A stretch of DNA of 64,000 nt, taken from the IMG/VR virus record IMGVR_UViG_3300009080_000001, positions 1 through 64,000 of that record, one strand, 5' to 3'. Origin of the DNA: a virus. A program made the position numbers and the translations under genes. Under the pieces are notes generated by a model that was not told the DNA's origin, searched no databases, and saw only the letters and a list, made by a program, of their open reading frames with translations. Positions 52,402 through 62,230 of this stretch are shown here, in pieces; positions within the stretch are counted from its first letter, which is position 1; each line of letters starts with the position of its first letter.

Positions 52402-52792
52402 AGTTACTAATTTAATGCGTAGAGACTTGAAAAAGACTACCATGTATAGTAATGCTAAAAAGAGACATTTCAAAGGTAAGACTGTGTATTACTGTCCTAT
52501 CTGTACTAAACACTTCTACACAGGAGCTTCTGAGAAGAACTTTGAAGCACTTAAAGAAACATACGAGGATTTAGTTAGGTGTAAGGAGAAAGAGTTCCAC
52601 ATGGATCATGTAGAGCCTCTGACACCATATGACAAAGAGTTCCATGATATGAATTTAGATGAAATAGCTGATAGAAATTACTGTAAAGAAGATAATCTAC
52701 AGTACATATGTCATGTTTGTCATAAAGAGAAAACATCTAAAGAGAGTACTATTAGAAGTAAATATAAGAAGTTAAAGAAAATGGAGGAATAA
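52379..52792 (+). CDS. HNH endonuclease-like protein
   Basis: CPIC; MDHVEP; NLQYICHVCHKEKT. Confidence 0.75.
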   Translation: MDKKLRTRVTNLMRRDLKKTTMYSNAKKRHFKGKTVYYCPICTKHFYTGASEKNFEALKETYEDLVRCKEKEFHMDHVEPLTPYDKEFHDMNLDEIADRNYCKEDNLQYICHVCHKEKTSKESTIRSKYKKLKKMEE

Positions 52793-53018
52793 TGGATACT
52801 ACGTTATTAATATATTGTGTTATATCATTCATAGGTACAGTGTTGCACGGTTTTTATACTGAATATTTTAAATATGATAAAGCAACTTTAACTATTTTAG
52901 AAATTATACAGATATTTGTTTGTGGTTTTATGGGGCCTGTAATTTTTCCGATTATGTTATTTTTTTGGATAATAAATAGGGACTTTTGGAATAAAGAAGT
53001 ATTCAAAAAAGGTGAAGA

Positions 53019-53243
53019 ATGATCGGTTGGAAAAACGTAAAAGATACAAGATTAGCTAGAAAGATGTTCCCTGACTTTAAAGAGTCCGAAAAAGACGGGT
53101 ATATTATGATCCCAGAACCTATAGATTTAACTAATACTACGTTTGCTGAAAGAGCACATATAGCTGAACAATTGTTACAATACGGACTTATTACTACAAA
53201 AGAAGAATATTTAAAAATAATTGATAATATCCAACAAAAGTAG
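53019..53243 (+). CDS. TRLARK-box protein with portal-like fragment
   Basis: N-terminal VKDTRLARKMFPDF; AERAHIAEQLLQYGLI. Confidence 0.75.
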   Translation: MIGWKNVKDTRLARKMFPDFKESEKDGYIMIPEPIDLTNTTFAERAHIAEQLLQYGLITTKEEYLKIIDNIQQK

Positions 53244-53299
53244 TTGACAGGGTTTTCTAAATAGATTATATTTAAGACTAATCTATTAAAGGAGAATTA

Positions 53300-54064
53300 A
53301 TGAAGAAACTACTTTTAGCAATTATGCTACTACCAACACTGGCATTCGCCAATCTAAACACAATCAAACTTACTGATAAAAACACTATCAGTTTCAACGA
53401 ACAATTCAATGCAATGACTGTTGCAGCAAAACAAGCACAATTATTCGAATTAGCATCTAGTTCACAAGAAAAGGACTTATATATAGTTATGTATACTCCC
53501 GGTGGCTCAGTATCTGCTGGAGCTTTATTTATCGATACAGCAAGAGCATTAGGTAAGAACATTCACACAATCACTATTTTCAGCGCATCTATGGGCTACC
53601 ACACCGTTCAAGGACTTGGCAAGAGGTATATTCTACCATCTGGGGTTCTAATGTCTCACAGAGCTTATGTAAGCGGATTACAGGGTCAATTTCCGGGTGA
53701 ACTAAATCAAAGAGTTGAGATGCTTATGAAGTCTACTGAAGACCTTGATAAGATTGCTGCTGCTAGAGTTGGTTTAAGTCTTAAGGAATACAAATCTACT
53801 ATTCACGATGAACTATGGTTAACTGGTGCTGATGCTGTTAAAAGAGGTCATGCTGATGAAGTTGTACAAGCTATCTGTGGAGAAAGTCTAAGTGGATTAT
53901 ACGAGAAAGTATTTAACACATTCTTTGGACCAGTTATTGTTGAATTTGCTAATTGTCCATTAATTGTAGGACCAGTTAATATCAAAGGATCAAACGAAGC
54001 AATTATGGAAGTTAAAAAGAACATCCTAGACGATGTAACTAAAAAGGTTAAAACACTACTATAA
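53300..54064 (+). CDS. ClpP-like protease with signal peptide
   Basis: MKKLLLAIMLLPTLAFA; TPGGSV, SASMG, LMSH; TTGACA at 53245. Confidence 0.8.
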   Translation: MKKLLLAIMLLPTLAFANLNTIKLTDKNTISFNEQFNAMTVAAKQAQLFELASSSQEKDLYIVMYTPGGSVSAGALFIDTARALGKNIHTITIFSASMGYHTVQGLGKRYILPSGVLMSHRAYVSGLQGQFPGELNQRVEMLMKSTEDLDKIAAARVGLSLKEYKSTIHDELWLTGADAVKRGHADEVVQAICGESLSGLYEKVFNTFFGPVIVEFANCPLIVGPVNIKGSNEAIMEVKKNILDDVTKKVKTLL

Positions 54065-55048
54065 TGGCTGATTTAGACGAATTACTAGAATTATTAGAAA
54101 AGAAAGTACAGGAGAAGGAGGCTGAAAAGTCTCCTAAACCTGAACAAAAAGAGTCCACTAGAAGGTTCATAGAGAAATCTAATATCCGAAAAGGACTAGA
54201 CAGAGTACCAAATTATGTTATATTCTTTACATACATGAAGAAGTACCGAGCAAGAGTTGGAGAAGAGAAATGGTCAAAAGTACATTTCTTTAGGTTATTT
54301 AACAGACAATTCGATCAAGCTAGAGTTGGTAAACAAAGATACTACGTACTAGATGGAAGCTCATTTGATCTAACAAGGGAAGGAAGAATTGAAGCGAAAG
54401 CATACGACAAAGAATACAGGCGACAAGTCGGCATCAAAACAGGCAAAATCAAGCTTAGAAAGCGACGTAAAGCCGTTAAAAACGAAGAGGGATAGTCACC
54501 AATACCCTAACCTTAAGAAGTCGTTAAACACGAAACTAAGGCGTGATTACTTGGATAACCTGTACTATGTAGATGGTGTTAAAAACAAGAAAGATGGTGA
54601 AGATGTAATACGCCCTTTAAATGACTCTGAAAAAGAGTGGCTTAATAAGTTTAATGGTGAATACTACGGAGCAAGTTTTGATAAGAACGATGATAATAAT
54701 CTACACAGTAATCGTGCCGATGATGTTACTATATATAATGTTAGGCAAGACATAAGTAGAATTAGAAAGGAAGCTGCGGCAGCATCTAAAGAAGATGACT
54801 CGGAATTAGCTAAAGAGCTGTATTTAGAATTAGAAGAGCAACTAGAGTACTTAAGAGACATCTACCCGAAAAAGAAGTGTCAGGATGATAATAACTCTAG
54901 GAATAGATGTTTATTGAATACTGGTAAAGCTACTAATGAGGTTAAATTTATACCTTGGGAAACAATGGATCAAAATATCTTAGGTGATATGGATATAGAA
55001 TTACTATATATTTTAAATGATATGATTGCGGAGGAAGAAGGTGAGTAA
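54064..55048 (+). CDS. Two hypothetical proteins (54064-54495; about 54389-55048)
   Basis: Long ORFs; start of the second is uncertain. Confidence 0.55.
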
Positions 55049-55325
55049 ATTTAAGGTTGGAGACAAGGTTTTGGTTGTTGGGTCTGATAGTTTAACTAGA
55101 TATTACTTAAATTTTGGTTTGTTTGATAGAACAGGGTTAGTTGGAGTAGTAAAATTCGTTCGCAATCGAGAACGTAATATGTACTTAATACAGTTTAACG
55201 ATGAAATAGATGGTATGAAGTTTGCAGAAAGTGAACTGGAGTTTGCAAGATATAAATATACTAGACTTGCTGAGAAGATGTTCCCAAAAGGTCACAGAGA
55301 AGGTGATTGGTGGGTATTAGAGTAA
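55041..55325 (+). CDS. TRLARK-box protein
   Basis: FKVGD...YKYTRLAEKMFPKG. Confidence 0.75.
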   Translation: MSKFKVGDKVLVVGSDSLTRYYLNFGLFDRTGLVGVVKFVRNRERNMYLIQFNDEIDGMKFAESELEFARYKYTRLAEKMFPKGHREGDWWVLE

Positions 55326-55604
55326 AGATAATACTTTAACTACACTGTACACTGCTCCTGCAATCGCACCTAAACCTGTAGCAACAGATATAGATAACTT
55401 TAAAAGATAAGATATAGACAACCTATCTTCTATAATTTTAACATGTTTTTCAAGTAAATCAGTTCTACGAATATGATGGTCCAAAGAGTCGGTGTTTCTA
55501 GCAACATTCAAATTGATCTTATTAACGTGATCTTGCACGTTATCTACCGCTTCTTTAACATCTTCAATTCTATCAATTACTAAATCTAACTTATCCTTAG
55601 CCAT
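55317..55604 (-). CDS. Coiled coil + C-terminal TM protein (holin-like candidate)
   Basis: Topology; last gene of late operon. Confidence 0.45.
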   Translation of the reverse strand: MAKDKLDLVIDRIEDVKEAVDNVQDHVNKINLNVARNTDSLDHHIRRTDLLEKHVKIIEDRLSISYLLKLSISVATGLGAIAGAVYSVVKVLSLL

Positions 55605-55608
55605 AACA

Positions 55609-58600
55609 TTACCCCACTATTCCTTTGTATTGGTCTATTAATTCTTGTAATTTACTCATATCGCCACCAAAAGCAGCTTCTTCCATTTCAGCTTTATCAG
55701 CTTCATCAACATCTAATCCTTGTAGTTTACCCATAAGGTCATCAAGAGATGATCTCTCAGTTCCCGGAAGTGCTCCTGAACCAAGTTGCTTAGATTCTCT
55801 ATCTTTAGCTTTTTGAAGTTCTTCTAGTTTTTGTTCTAAATATTTACCTTCTTCTTGTCTTCTAGTGTTTGTAGAGCTTTTTAGTACATCTACAACGTCC
55901 GAGTAATCCTCATCATTAGAAGCAGCGTTTATAAGGTTATTACCTAGTTTACCAGTTTGAAATTGCTTACTATATAATACAGTCTTTACCGGATCTGGTA
56001 GATCTTCGAACTCTTTATCATGTTTATTGTTTTTGTTAAAGTTACTTTGAACTTTATCATAATAAGCACCTGCTGTAGCATTTTCAACTTCTTCAGCATC
56101 TACTATTCCATTCTCATTAATATCTCCACTTAGATCTAATGGATTTTCAGCAAGAAATTCATCAGCTTCTTGTTTCTTTTTACCAAGATACGGAGTCAAC
56201 TTTTCCTTAATAGCTGGATCTAAGTCTAAATCATTAAGATTATCTCTTTGTCCTAAGTCTAATGCATTAGCAATAGTAACTCCAGATTTTCCTAGAACTT
56301 TCCCACTTCTTGATTTTGGTATATAACCTTGTTCTTTGAATCCTTCAAGTCTGTGCATTAAGTCTTTATCTATATTATCAGAATAATCTCCACTTTCTTC
56401 AACGCTATCAGGCTGTCTTTCAGGTACAATAGTTCCTTTGTAGCTGTCTAATAAATCATTTAATTCATTTTCTGGAAGACCTATATCAGATGACATTTGA
56501 TCATCCATTTCTTTAATAAACTTACCAAGTGACTTTCTAAATGCTGGTGCTTGTGAAAGTGAGAACATTATTTTATCTCTACTTTCAGGATCAGAATTAA
56601 CAAGCCTCTCAAGCTCATCAGCGTACATCTGAAGCCCTTTATTCTCGCTCTTCACCATACTACTTCTAAATTGATTAATCTTCTCAGGAGACATCTTAGA
56701 CAGTAACTTAGACGACATGTCAGATACAGCAGATACAGGCTTAGTTAACATTTTAGATAATCTCTCACCTTTACCGTATAAACTTCCCATCCCTTCCGAT
56801 AATATACCAGTAGCTTTTTGCATAACACCAGCTCTTGTAAATTCCCCAGTATGGCTTATAGATCCTTCTAGGATATTATCTACATCAGCAGTTAATTCAA
56901 GTCTATCTAAACCTTTAGATATATCATCACCTTCTTTAACTATATGTCTCTGTAAGTAATCTTTCTCTGTTCCTAATTTACTAGGTATACCTTTAATTAA
57001 CTTAACCATATCTGGATGAGACAGGTTTTTACTTAATACGCTTTTATCAATGTTCATTATATCCATTAACTGATATAATTTAGCTTGACCAGCTTTCTTT
57101 TCTGATAGTAACGGAAGTAGTTCAGTAATCTTATCTCTTCCTAATTTCCATAATTCAATGTACATATCTTTTTCAGGGTCATTCCTATCGAAAGCTTTAC
57201 CACCAACAGTTTTTACCCATTTTTGAAGAGTATCTATGTCCATTTTCTCGAAGTTTAATCCTTTAGGAGGCAAAGCTCCATACTTATTAAATACTTCTCC
57301 AGTAGCTTCGTTCATATATTGTGCTACTATCTTATCTCCGTCTTTTCCTACTTTAATACTAGAAGGACTAAACGGTGTTGTATCGTCTATAAATTGTTTC
57401 TGATAACTTTGTTTAATTGGTTCACCAGCTTCATCTAATACTTCTTCAGTAAATTTAGCTCTGCTTCTACTTAGATTACCGCCTTTAGTATCCCAAGGTA
57501 TTTCAGCAAGGTCATCAAATTGGAATTGACCTTCTTGTATATTTTCTAACTCGTCCCCAGATTTAAGGATATGTTTAGCTATTTTAGATTCAGCTTTAAT
57601 TGGAGCCATTGTTTCTTTTCTAGTACTAGCGTCCATTTTTTTCTGTATCTCATCTTTAGTTTTTTCAACTAATTTTTGAGCAGCTTTAGTTTGATTCCCA
57701 ACAGCCATAGTTTCTACTTGGTCAGCCATTTTCATAATCTTATTACTAGCAGATCCTGTAAGCATCCCAGCTTCTTCTTTTAAGCCGTTTGCGATAGCCT
57801 GTAAGTCACCAGTAAGGTTTAGAGTTTCCTCGGCTCTAGCAGCCTTCTGAGCAGCTAATTTATCGTCCATACCAATGTCTTTAAATGCTTTCTTTATATC
57901 ATCAACAAGAGATTTAACCTCTTTTTCCATTATCTTACTACGTTCTTTATTACTAGTCATCCCATGTTCTTTAGCGAACTTAAATGGCTTAGATATTGTT
58001 GGAAATTTCTCCGCTAAATCAGATAAACCTTCTCCTACTTTCTTAACTCCTTTAACTCCAGCTTTTAGTCCTAATGACATTGCTGGTGCAGCTAATGCTC
58101 CAGTTGTAGCACCTACCGCAGTATCTTGAGCTAGTTCTGGAAGTGTTTCACCTTCACTTTCTCCGAATCCATATGCTCCACCAAACTTAGCACCTTCTTT
58201 AGCTAGTCCACTTAAGCTTTTAACCATAGGAGCTTTTCCAGCTAATGCAGCACCTGTCTTTGCAGCGGCAGCTCCGCCACCAGTAAATGCAGCAGGTATT
58301 ATTCCACCTAAAGCTTCTGCTGTTATTGCTGTTCCGGGATTTTCTTTTTTAGCTGCTTTAATATGTTCTCTAGCTACATCTCTTTCTTTTACGTAGCTTT
58401 CCATCATTTCTTTTTCTTTAGCGGCAGAACCTTCTGGATCTTGTATCATTTGTCTAGGACTAGCTCCGCCTTTAGCAGCGAACATCCCGTACAATTCATC
58501 TAACATTCCCATAGTTAAACCTTGACCACCAGCTAAAGCTGCTGTTTCAGTCATAGATATTTCATCATCTACTGGAGCAAAATCAAGATCGTCAAAGTTA

Positions 58601-58659
58601 TCTTGTTCTTCTACAGCAGAGAAATCTAAATCATCAAAGTTATCTTCTTTTTTAGCCAT
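55609..58659 (-). CDS. Internal virion/ejection protein with pesticin-like muramidase domain
   Basis: LEGF..QGYIP...KSGVTIANALDLGQ; Ala/Gly-rich helical N-terminus. Confidence 0.7.
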   Translation of the reverse strand: MAKKEDNFDDLDFSAVEEQDNFDDLDFAPVDDEISMTETAALAGGQGLTMGMLDELYGMFAAKGGASPRQMIQDPEGSAAKEKEMMESYVKERDVAREHIKAAKKENPGTAITAEALGGIIPAAFTGGGAAAAKTGAALAGKAPMVKSLSGLAKEGAKFGGAYGFGESEGETLPELAQDTAVGATTGALAAPAMSLGLKAGVKGVKKVGEGLSDLAEKFPTISKPFKFAKEHGMTSNKERSKIMEKEVKSLVDDIKKAFKDIGMDDKLAAQKAARAEETLNLTGDLQAIANGLKEEAGMLTGSASNKIMKMADQVETMAVGNQTKAAQKLVEKTKDEIQKKMDASTRKETMAPIKAESKIAKHILKSGDELENIQEGQFQFDDLAEIPWDTKGGNLSRSRAKFTEEVLDEAGEPIKQSYQKQFIDDTTPFSPSSIKVGKDGDKIVAQYMNEATGEVFNKYGALPPKGLNFEKMDIDTLQKWVKTVGGKAFDRNDPEKDMYIELWKLGRDKITELLPLLSEKKAGQAKLYQLMDIMNIDKSVLSKNLSHPDMVKLIKGIPSKLGTEKDYLQRHIVKEGDDISKGLDRLELTADVDNILEGSISHTGEFTRAGVMQKATGILSEGMGSLYGKGERLSKMLTKPVSAVSDMSSKLLSKMSPEKINQFRSSMVKSENKGLQMYADELERLVNSDPESRDKIMFSLSQAPAFRKSLGKFIKEMDDQMSSDIGLPENELNDLLDSYKGTIVPERQPDSVEESGDYSDNIDKDLMHRLEGFKEQGYIPKSRSGKVLGKSGVTIANALDLGQRDNLNDLDLDPAIKEKLTPYLGKKKQEADEFLAENPLDLSGDINENGIVDAEEVENATAGAYYDKVQSNFNKNNKHDKEFEDLPDPVKTVLYSKQFQTGKLGNNLINAASNDEDYSDVVDVLKSSTNTRRQEEGKYLEQKLEELQKAKDRESKQLGSGALPGTERSSLDDLMGKLQGLDVDEADKAEMEEAAFGGDMSKLQELIDQYKGIVG

Positions 58660-59981
58660 TACATAAGTCCTTTAGCTCTTAATCCTTTTATAATCCTTTC
58701 TCTTGAAGCGTTAGGATTCTTTTCTTGCATCTTTTGAATTAACATTTCTGGATCAGCTTTGGTAGATTCTTTCTTACCTTTTAACAGATCTGATGCGTAC
58801 TTATCTAAGTCTCTAAACCCAGCTTTCTTCAAGTTTGGTATTTGTGTTTTATCTACAATTTGTAATTCACCTTTAGGGTCAACTATAGTAGTTTGTTCAC
58901 CTCTTAATATAGGATGATCAAATCTATCTAAGTTTCCGTATTTATCAACATAATCAGCTTTAGCTTGTGATACTATCCTATCTTTTAATAGTGAACTTTT
59001 AGATCCTAATAGTATTTGTACGTTAGTTTCGTCATCATTTGAAACAGAAGCCTGAGTTGATTTCCATGCTCTACGTTCAGCATCTGAATCTACAGCCTTA
59101 CTCATACCAGCAAATGTACTAACCATGTTCTTTAGGTCAATATCTTTAAACTTAGCATCTAATGACTCGGTATCTTGACTTACATATTTAGTTAGTCCAC
59201 CTAATGTAGCAATAGGACCAGTTCCTAAAGTTTCATCTTTACTATATTGTAATTGAGCGTTCATAGCTTCGTCAACTTTTGACATATTGTTTGCATTTGT
59301 TTGTAATGCTTTCTGAGACTCAGCGAAATCAGCAGCTTGTTTCTTATGTACTGCTTTGCCGAATTCAGTTTCTTTTGGTTTCTTACCTTCTGATTTAAGT
59401 TTCTTTTCAGCTAACTCTACTTGCTTCTTTTGGTAAGGAGTCATCTCATCTTTCTTACCCATAGCCATATAATTCTGATACATCTTTTGAAGGTTTTGCA
59501 TACCAGATAACTCTTCTTTTTTCTTAGAAGATCTTTCTTTTTTTAAGTTTTGAGCATGATTTGATTTTATATCTTTAAATTGACTTCCTTGAGCATAGTT
59601 TAGTAAATTATGTGCAGATGCTAGTACGTCTGGTAAATGATCCTTCCAACCTAACTCTTTTTCAGGTTCAGCTAGTTTAGCTTTATACTGATCGATTAGC
59701 TTAGAGTATTCCTCTTTAGCTTTAGGTTCCATATAAGGAGATCTAGCATCTTCATTAGTCTGTTCTATATCTCTTTTAGTTTGATCTGGGTTTTGTTCAG
59801 AAGAGGCAATTCCCCTAGCAACTCCAGCAACATCTTGAACAGTTTCTCTTTGAGTTTCAGCAGTAGCCGTAGCTTCCTGAGCCATATCCTCTTCTAACGG
59901 AGTAGTTACATACTCTTCTCTTTCTGGAGATCCTCCCATCATAGCAGCTTGTAACTTTTTTAAGTAATCCATATCTTCCAT
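58659..59981 (-). CDS. Internal virion/ejection protein
   Basis: Helical protein in podovirus-type ejection cluster. Confidence 0.55.
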   Translation of the reverse strand: MEDMDYLKKLQAAMMGGSPEREEYVTTPLEEDMAQEATATAETQRETVQDVAGVARGIASSEQNPDQTKRDIEQTNEDARSPYMEPKAKEEYSKLIDQYKAKLAEPEKELGWKDHLPDVLASAHNLLNYAQGSQFKDIKSNHAQNLKKERSSKKKEELSGMQNLQKMYQNYMAMGKKDEMTPYQKKQVELAEKKLKSEGKKPKETEFGKAVHKKQAADFAESQKALQTNANNMSKVDEAMNAQLQYSKDETLGTGPIATLGGLTKYVSQDTESLDAKFKDIDLKNMVSTFAGMSKAVDSDAERRAWKSTQASVSNDDETNVQILLGSKSSLLKDRIVSQAKADYVDKYGNLDRFDHPILRGEQTTIVDPKGELQIVDKTQIPNLKKAGFRDLDKYASDLLKGKKESTKADPEMLIQKMQEKNPNASRERIIKGLRAKGLM

Positions 59982-59983
59982 TA

Positions 59984-61879
59984 TTATTCCCCTAGTGCTG
60001 AAAGTAGTTTTTTAAGTCCACTTACTTTCATGTCTTCACCATTGTCAATTTCTTCTGTTAATTCCTCTTGATATCCTGAAGGCACACCTTCCACTATATC
60101 ATCTTCTCCTAAGCTGTCAACACTTTCTTCACCTCTTAATATATCCATTAAGCGTTGTTGTTGAGCAACATTTAGTACTGCTTCTCCAGAGTTTAGTCTT
60201 GCATCAACTCTATCTCTTTCAAAAGAATCTCCACCAACTACAGCACCTTCGCCTTCAGAATCGAACATTAAGTCTCCGTCTTCAGCTTGTTTAGTTCCTG
60301 AATGTATTCCTCCACATTCGTATGTAGGTTGTCTCATTCTAGCCATTTCTGATATTGGACTAACTCCACCGTCTTCAAATTGAGCACCTTGAAATGCGTT
60401 ACCAAACTGTTGAGATTGTACGGGTGTCATTACGTTTTCAGCTTTTTCTAGTTTAAATGTATCTTCAAAAGCTTCACCTTGTTTTGGCTCTAAAGCTCCC
60501 ATTAATTGGTTAGCAGCTTTAAGTCCCTTAGCAATATTTGCTCCAGACATTCCAGAATCATCGCCTTTAATTAATTCTTGAGCTTGTTCATTTGTTTGTA
60601 TATCAGCAGATGTTTTATCATTACCTTGTCCTAGCAATGCTATGTCTTTTACTTCTTCTCCAGCTATTGCTTTTTTCATATCTTGTTGCATCTTACCTTG
60701 ATCAAAAAATGGGTTTTTTTCTGCAGCTCCAAACCCTTCTCTTAACTCAACTGGCATTTCTGAAACTGGTTCTTTAGCTAAATCAGTTGTATATTGTTTA
60801 CCTTGCCAATCAAAAGATCCGCCATCGCCTTGTTGTGATCTTGCTTGTTTAAATGCGTCTCCAAAAGCAACTCCACCATTTTCTAGTCCAGTTACTTCTT
60901 CTCTAGCTTCTTTTTGAGGAACAAGTTCTCCACGAACTCTCTTCATATAGTCACTTTTAAATTTCTCATGTTGTTTAGATTCTTGAGCTTGCGCTTTGGC
61001 AATACCACCGTCTTCCATTTGAGTTGCTAATGCTCCTGCACCAGCTCCAATAGCAGCTCCCCAAGGACCGAAAGATGCTCCAGCAGATCCACCAGCTAAT
61101 GCACCTTGCATTGCACTTGGTTTCTGAGGTCCAGCAGGTCCAGCACTTATAGAGTTCTGAGATCCGGCTTTTGCCATCTGATTATTAAACTGTTGTTGAT
61201 TAAGCTGGTTTCTAACCTGAGATTGTTGGTTAGCAATATTTGCTCTTGAGTTTTCATTTTGTTGTCTAGCAGATAGATTCATTGCGTTAACATTTTGTCT
61301 ATTCATTGCATTAGCTTTAGCAATTGCATCTTTAGCACTAGCTTGTTGAGATTGTCTTTGGAAATCAGCTCCTTCCATTTGTCCAGCCATTTGTCCCATA
61401 CCTTGAAGGGCAGCCATTCTTTGTTGTTGACCTTGAGCAGCCATTTGCATAGCCTTCTGACGAGCAGAATTAGCTCCTCCCTGACTTCCTTGCAACTTAG
61501 CCATAAGTGATGCACCAGAATCTCCCATACCCTTACGAGCCATTTCTGATTCAATAGCAGCACGTTGAGACTTTTCTTGAGCACCTACTTGTCCCATCAT
61601 CTCTTCCATAGCGAACTTATCTTGAGCTGTTAACCCTTGGTCAGCACGTTCTTGCATTCCAGATAATGCTTGCATCTGTTGCTCTTTCAATCTAGGGTCA
61701 GTACTAATGTCTCCCATAGCAGATTGACCTAATTGTTCGGCATCTAATAATCCAACTAATTCAGGATTCTGAAGTACATATTCTTCAAGTTCTGGAGTAT
61801 CTATAAGCTCCATTCTTTTCATTTTATCCCTTTGAGCCTCTCTCGCTGCTTTATTTGGATCTGCTGCTTTACCACCCAT
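59984..61879 (-). CDS. Internal virion / DNA pilot-like protein
   Basis: Gln/Ala-rich; GPWGAAIGAG; EDGG repeats; DARLNSGEAVLN. Confidence 0.6.
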   Translation of the reverse strand: MGGKAADPNKAAREAQRDKMKRMELIDTPELEEYVLQNPELVGLLDAEQLGQSAMGDISTDPRLKEQQMQALSGMQERADQGLTAQDKFAMEEMMGQVGAQEKSQRAAIESEMARKGMGDSGASLMAKLQGSQGGANSARQKAMQMAAQGQQQRMAALQGMGQMAGQMEGADFQRQSQQASAKDAIAKANAMNRQNVNAMNLSARQQNENSRANIANQQSQVRNQLNQQQFNNQMAKAGSQNSISAGPAGPQKPSAMQGALAGGSAGASFGPWGAAIGAGAGALATQMEDGGIAKAQAQESKQHEKFKSDYMKRVRGELVPQKEAREEVTGLENGGVAFGDAFKQARSQQGDGGSFDWQGKQYTTDLAKEPVSEMPVELREGFGAAEKNPFFDQGKMQQDMKKAIAGEEVKDIALLGQGNDKTSADIQTNEQAQELIKGDDSGMSGANIAKGLKAANQLMGALEPKQGEAFEDTFKLEKAENVMTPVQSQQFGNAFQGAQFEDGGVSPISEMARMRQPTYECGGIHSGTKQAEDGDLMFDSEGEGAVVGGDSFERDRVDARLNSGEAVLNVAQQQRLMDILRGEESVDSLGEDDIVEGVPSGYQEELTEEIDNGEDMKVSGLKKLLSALGE

Positions 61880-61888
61880 CGTTATCTC

Positions 61889-62230
61889 CTATAGGTCTTT
61901 GTAGTAATTATTTCTATGTTTATCATCTGGATCTTTTCCACAATACTCAAATCCAAACTTTAGCATCAATCTATGACTTCTTTTCCATCCGTTTGTTCTT
62001 TCGTCTGTAAAGCCGTAAACTGTTTCTATATCTTTTTTCTTAAACTCTTCTATTAATTCTTCAATAAATTTCTTCATTACTTGTTGACCACGTACTTCCG
62101 GTCTTGAGTATATATCTATTATTGACGCTGAGTTATCCTCTTCATATATTTTGTACGTTATAAAACAATCGTCGTTATGTATTAATTCTACCTCGTCTCT
62201 TTCCTTAAGGTATTGCTTGTATAATTCCAT
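61889..62230 (-). CDS. GNAT acetyltransferase-like protein
   Basis: IYSRPEVRGQQV; LKFGF. Confidence 0.6.
   Translation of the reverse strand: MELYKQYLKERDEVELIHNDDCFITYKIYEEDNSASIIDIYSRPEVRGQQVMKKFIEELIEEFKKKDIETVYGFTDERTNGWKRSHRLMLKFGFEYCGKDPDDKHRNNYYKDL

Noticed and set aside
12900-55300. TRLARK-coding DNA as a CRISPR, REP, attC or MITE repeat
   Set aside because: Always in-frame on the coding strand, with heavy synonymous variation, no palindrome and no regular spacing.
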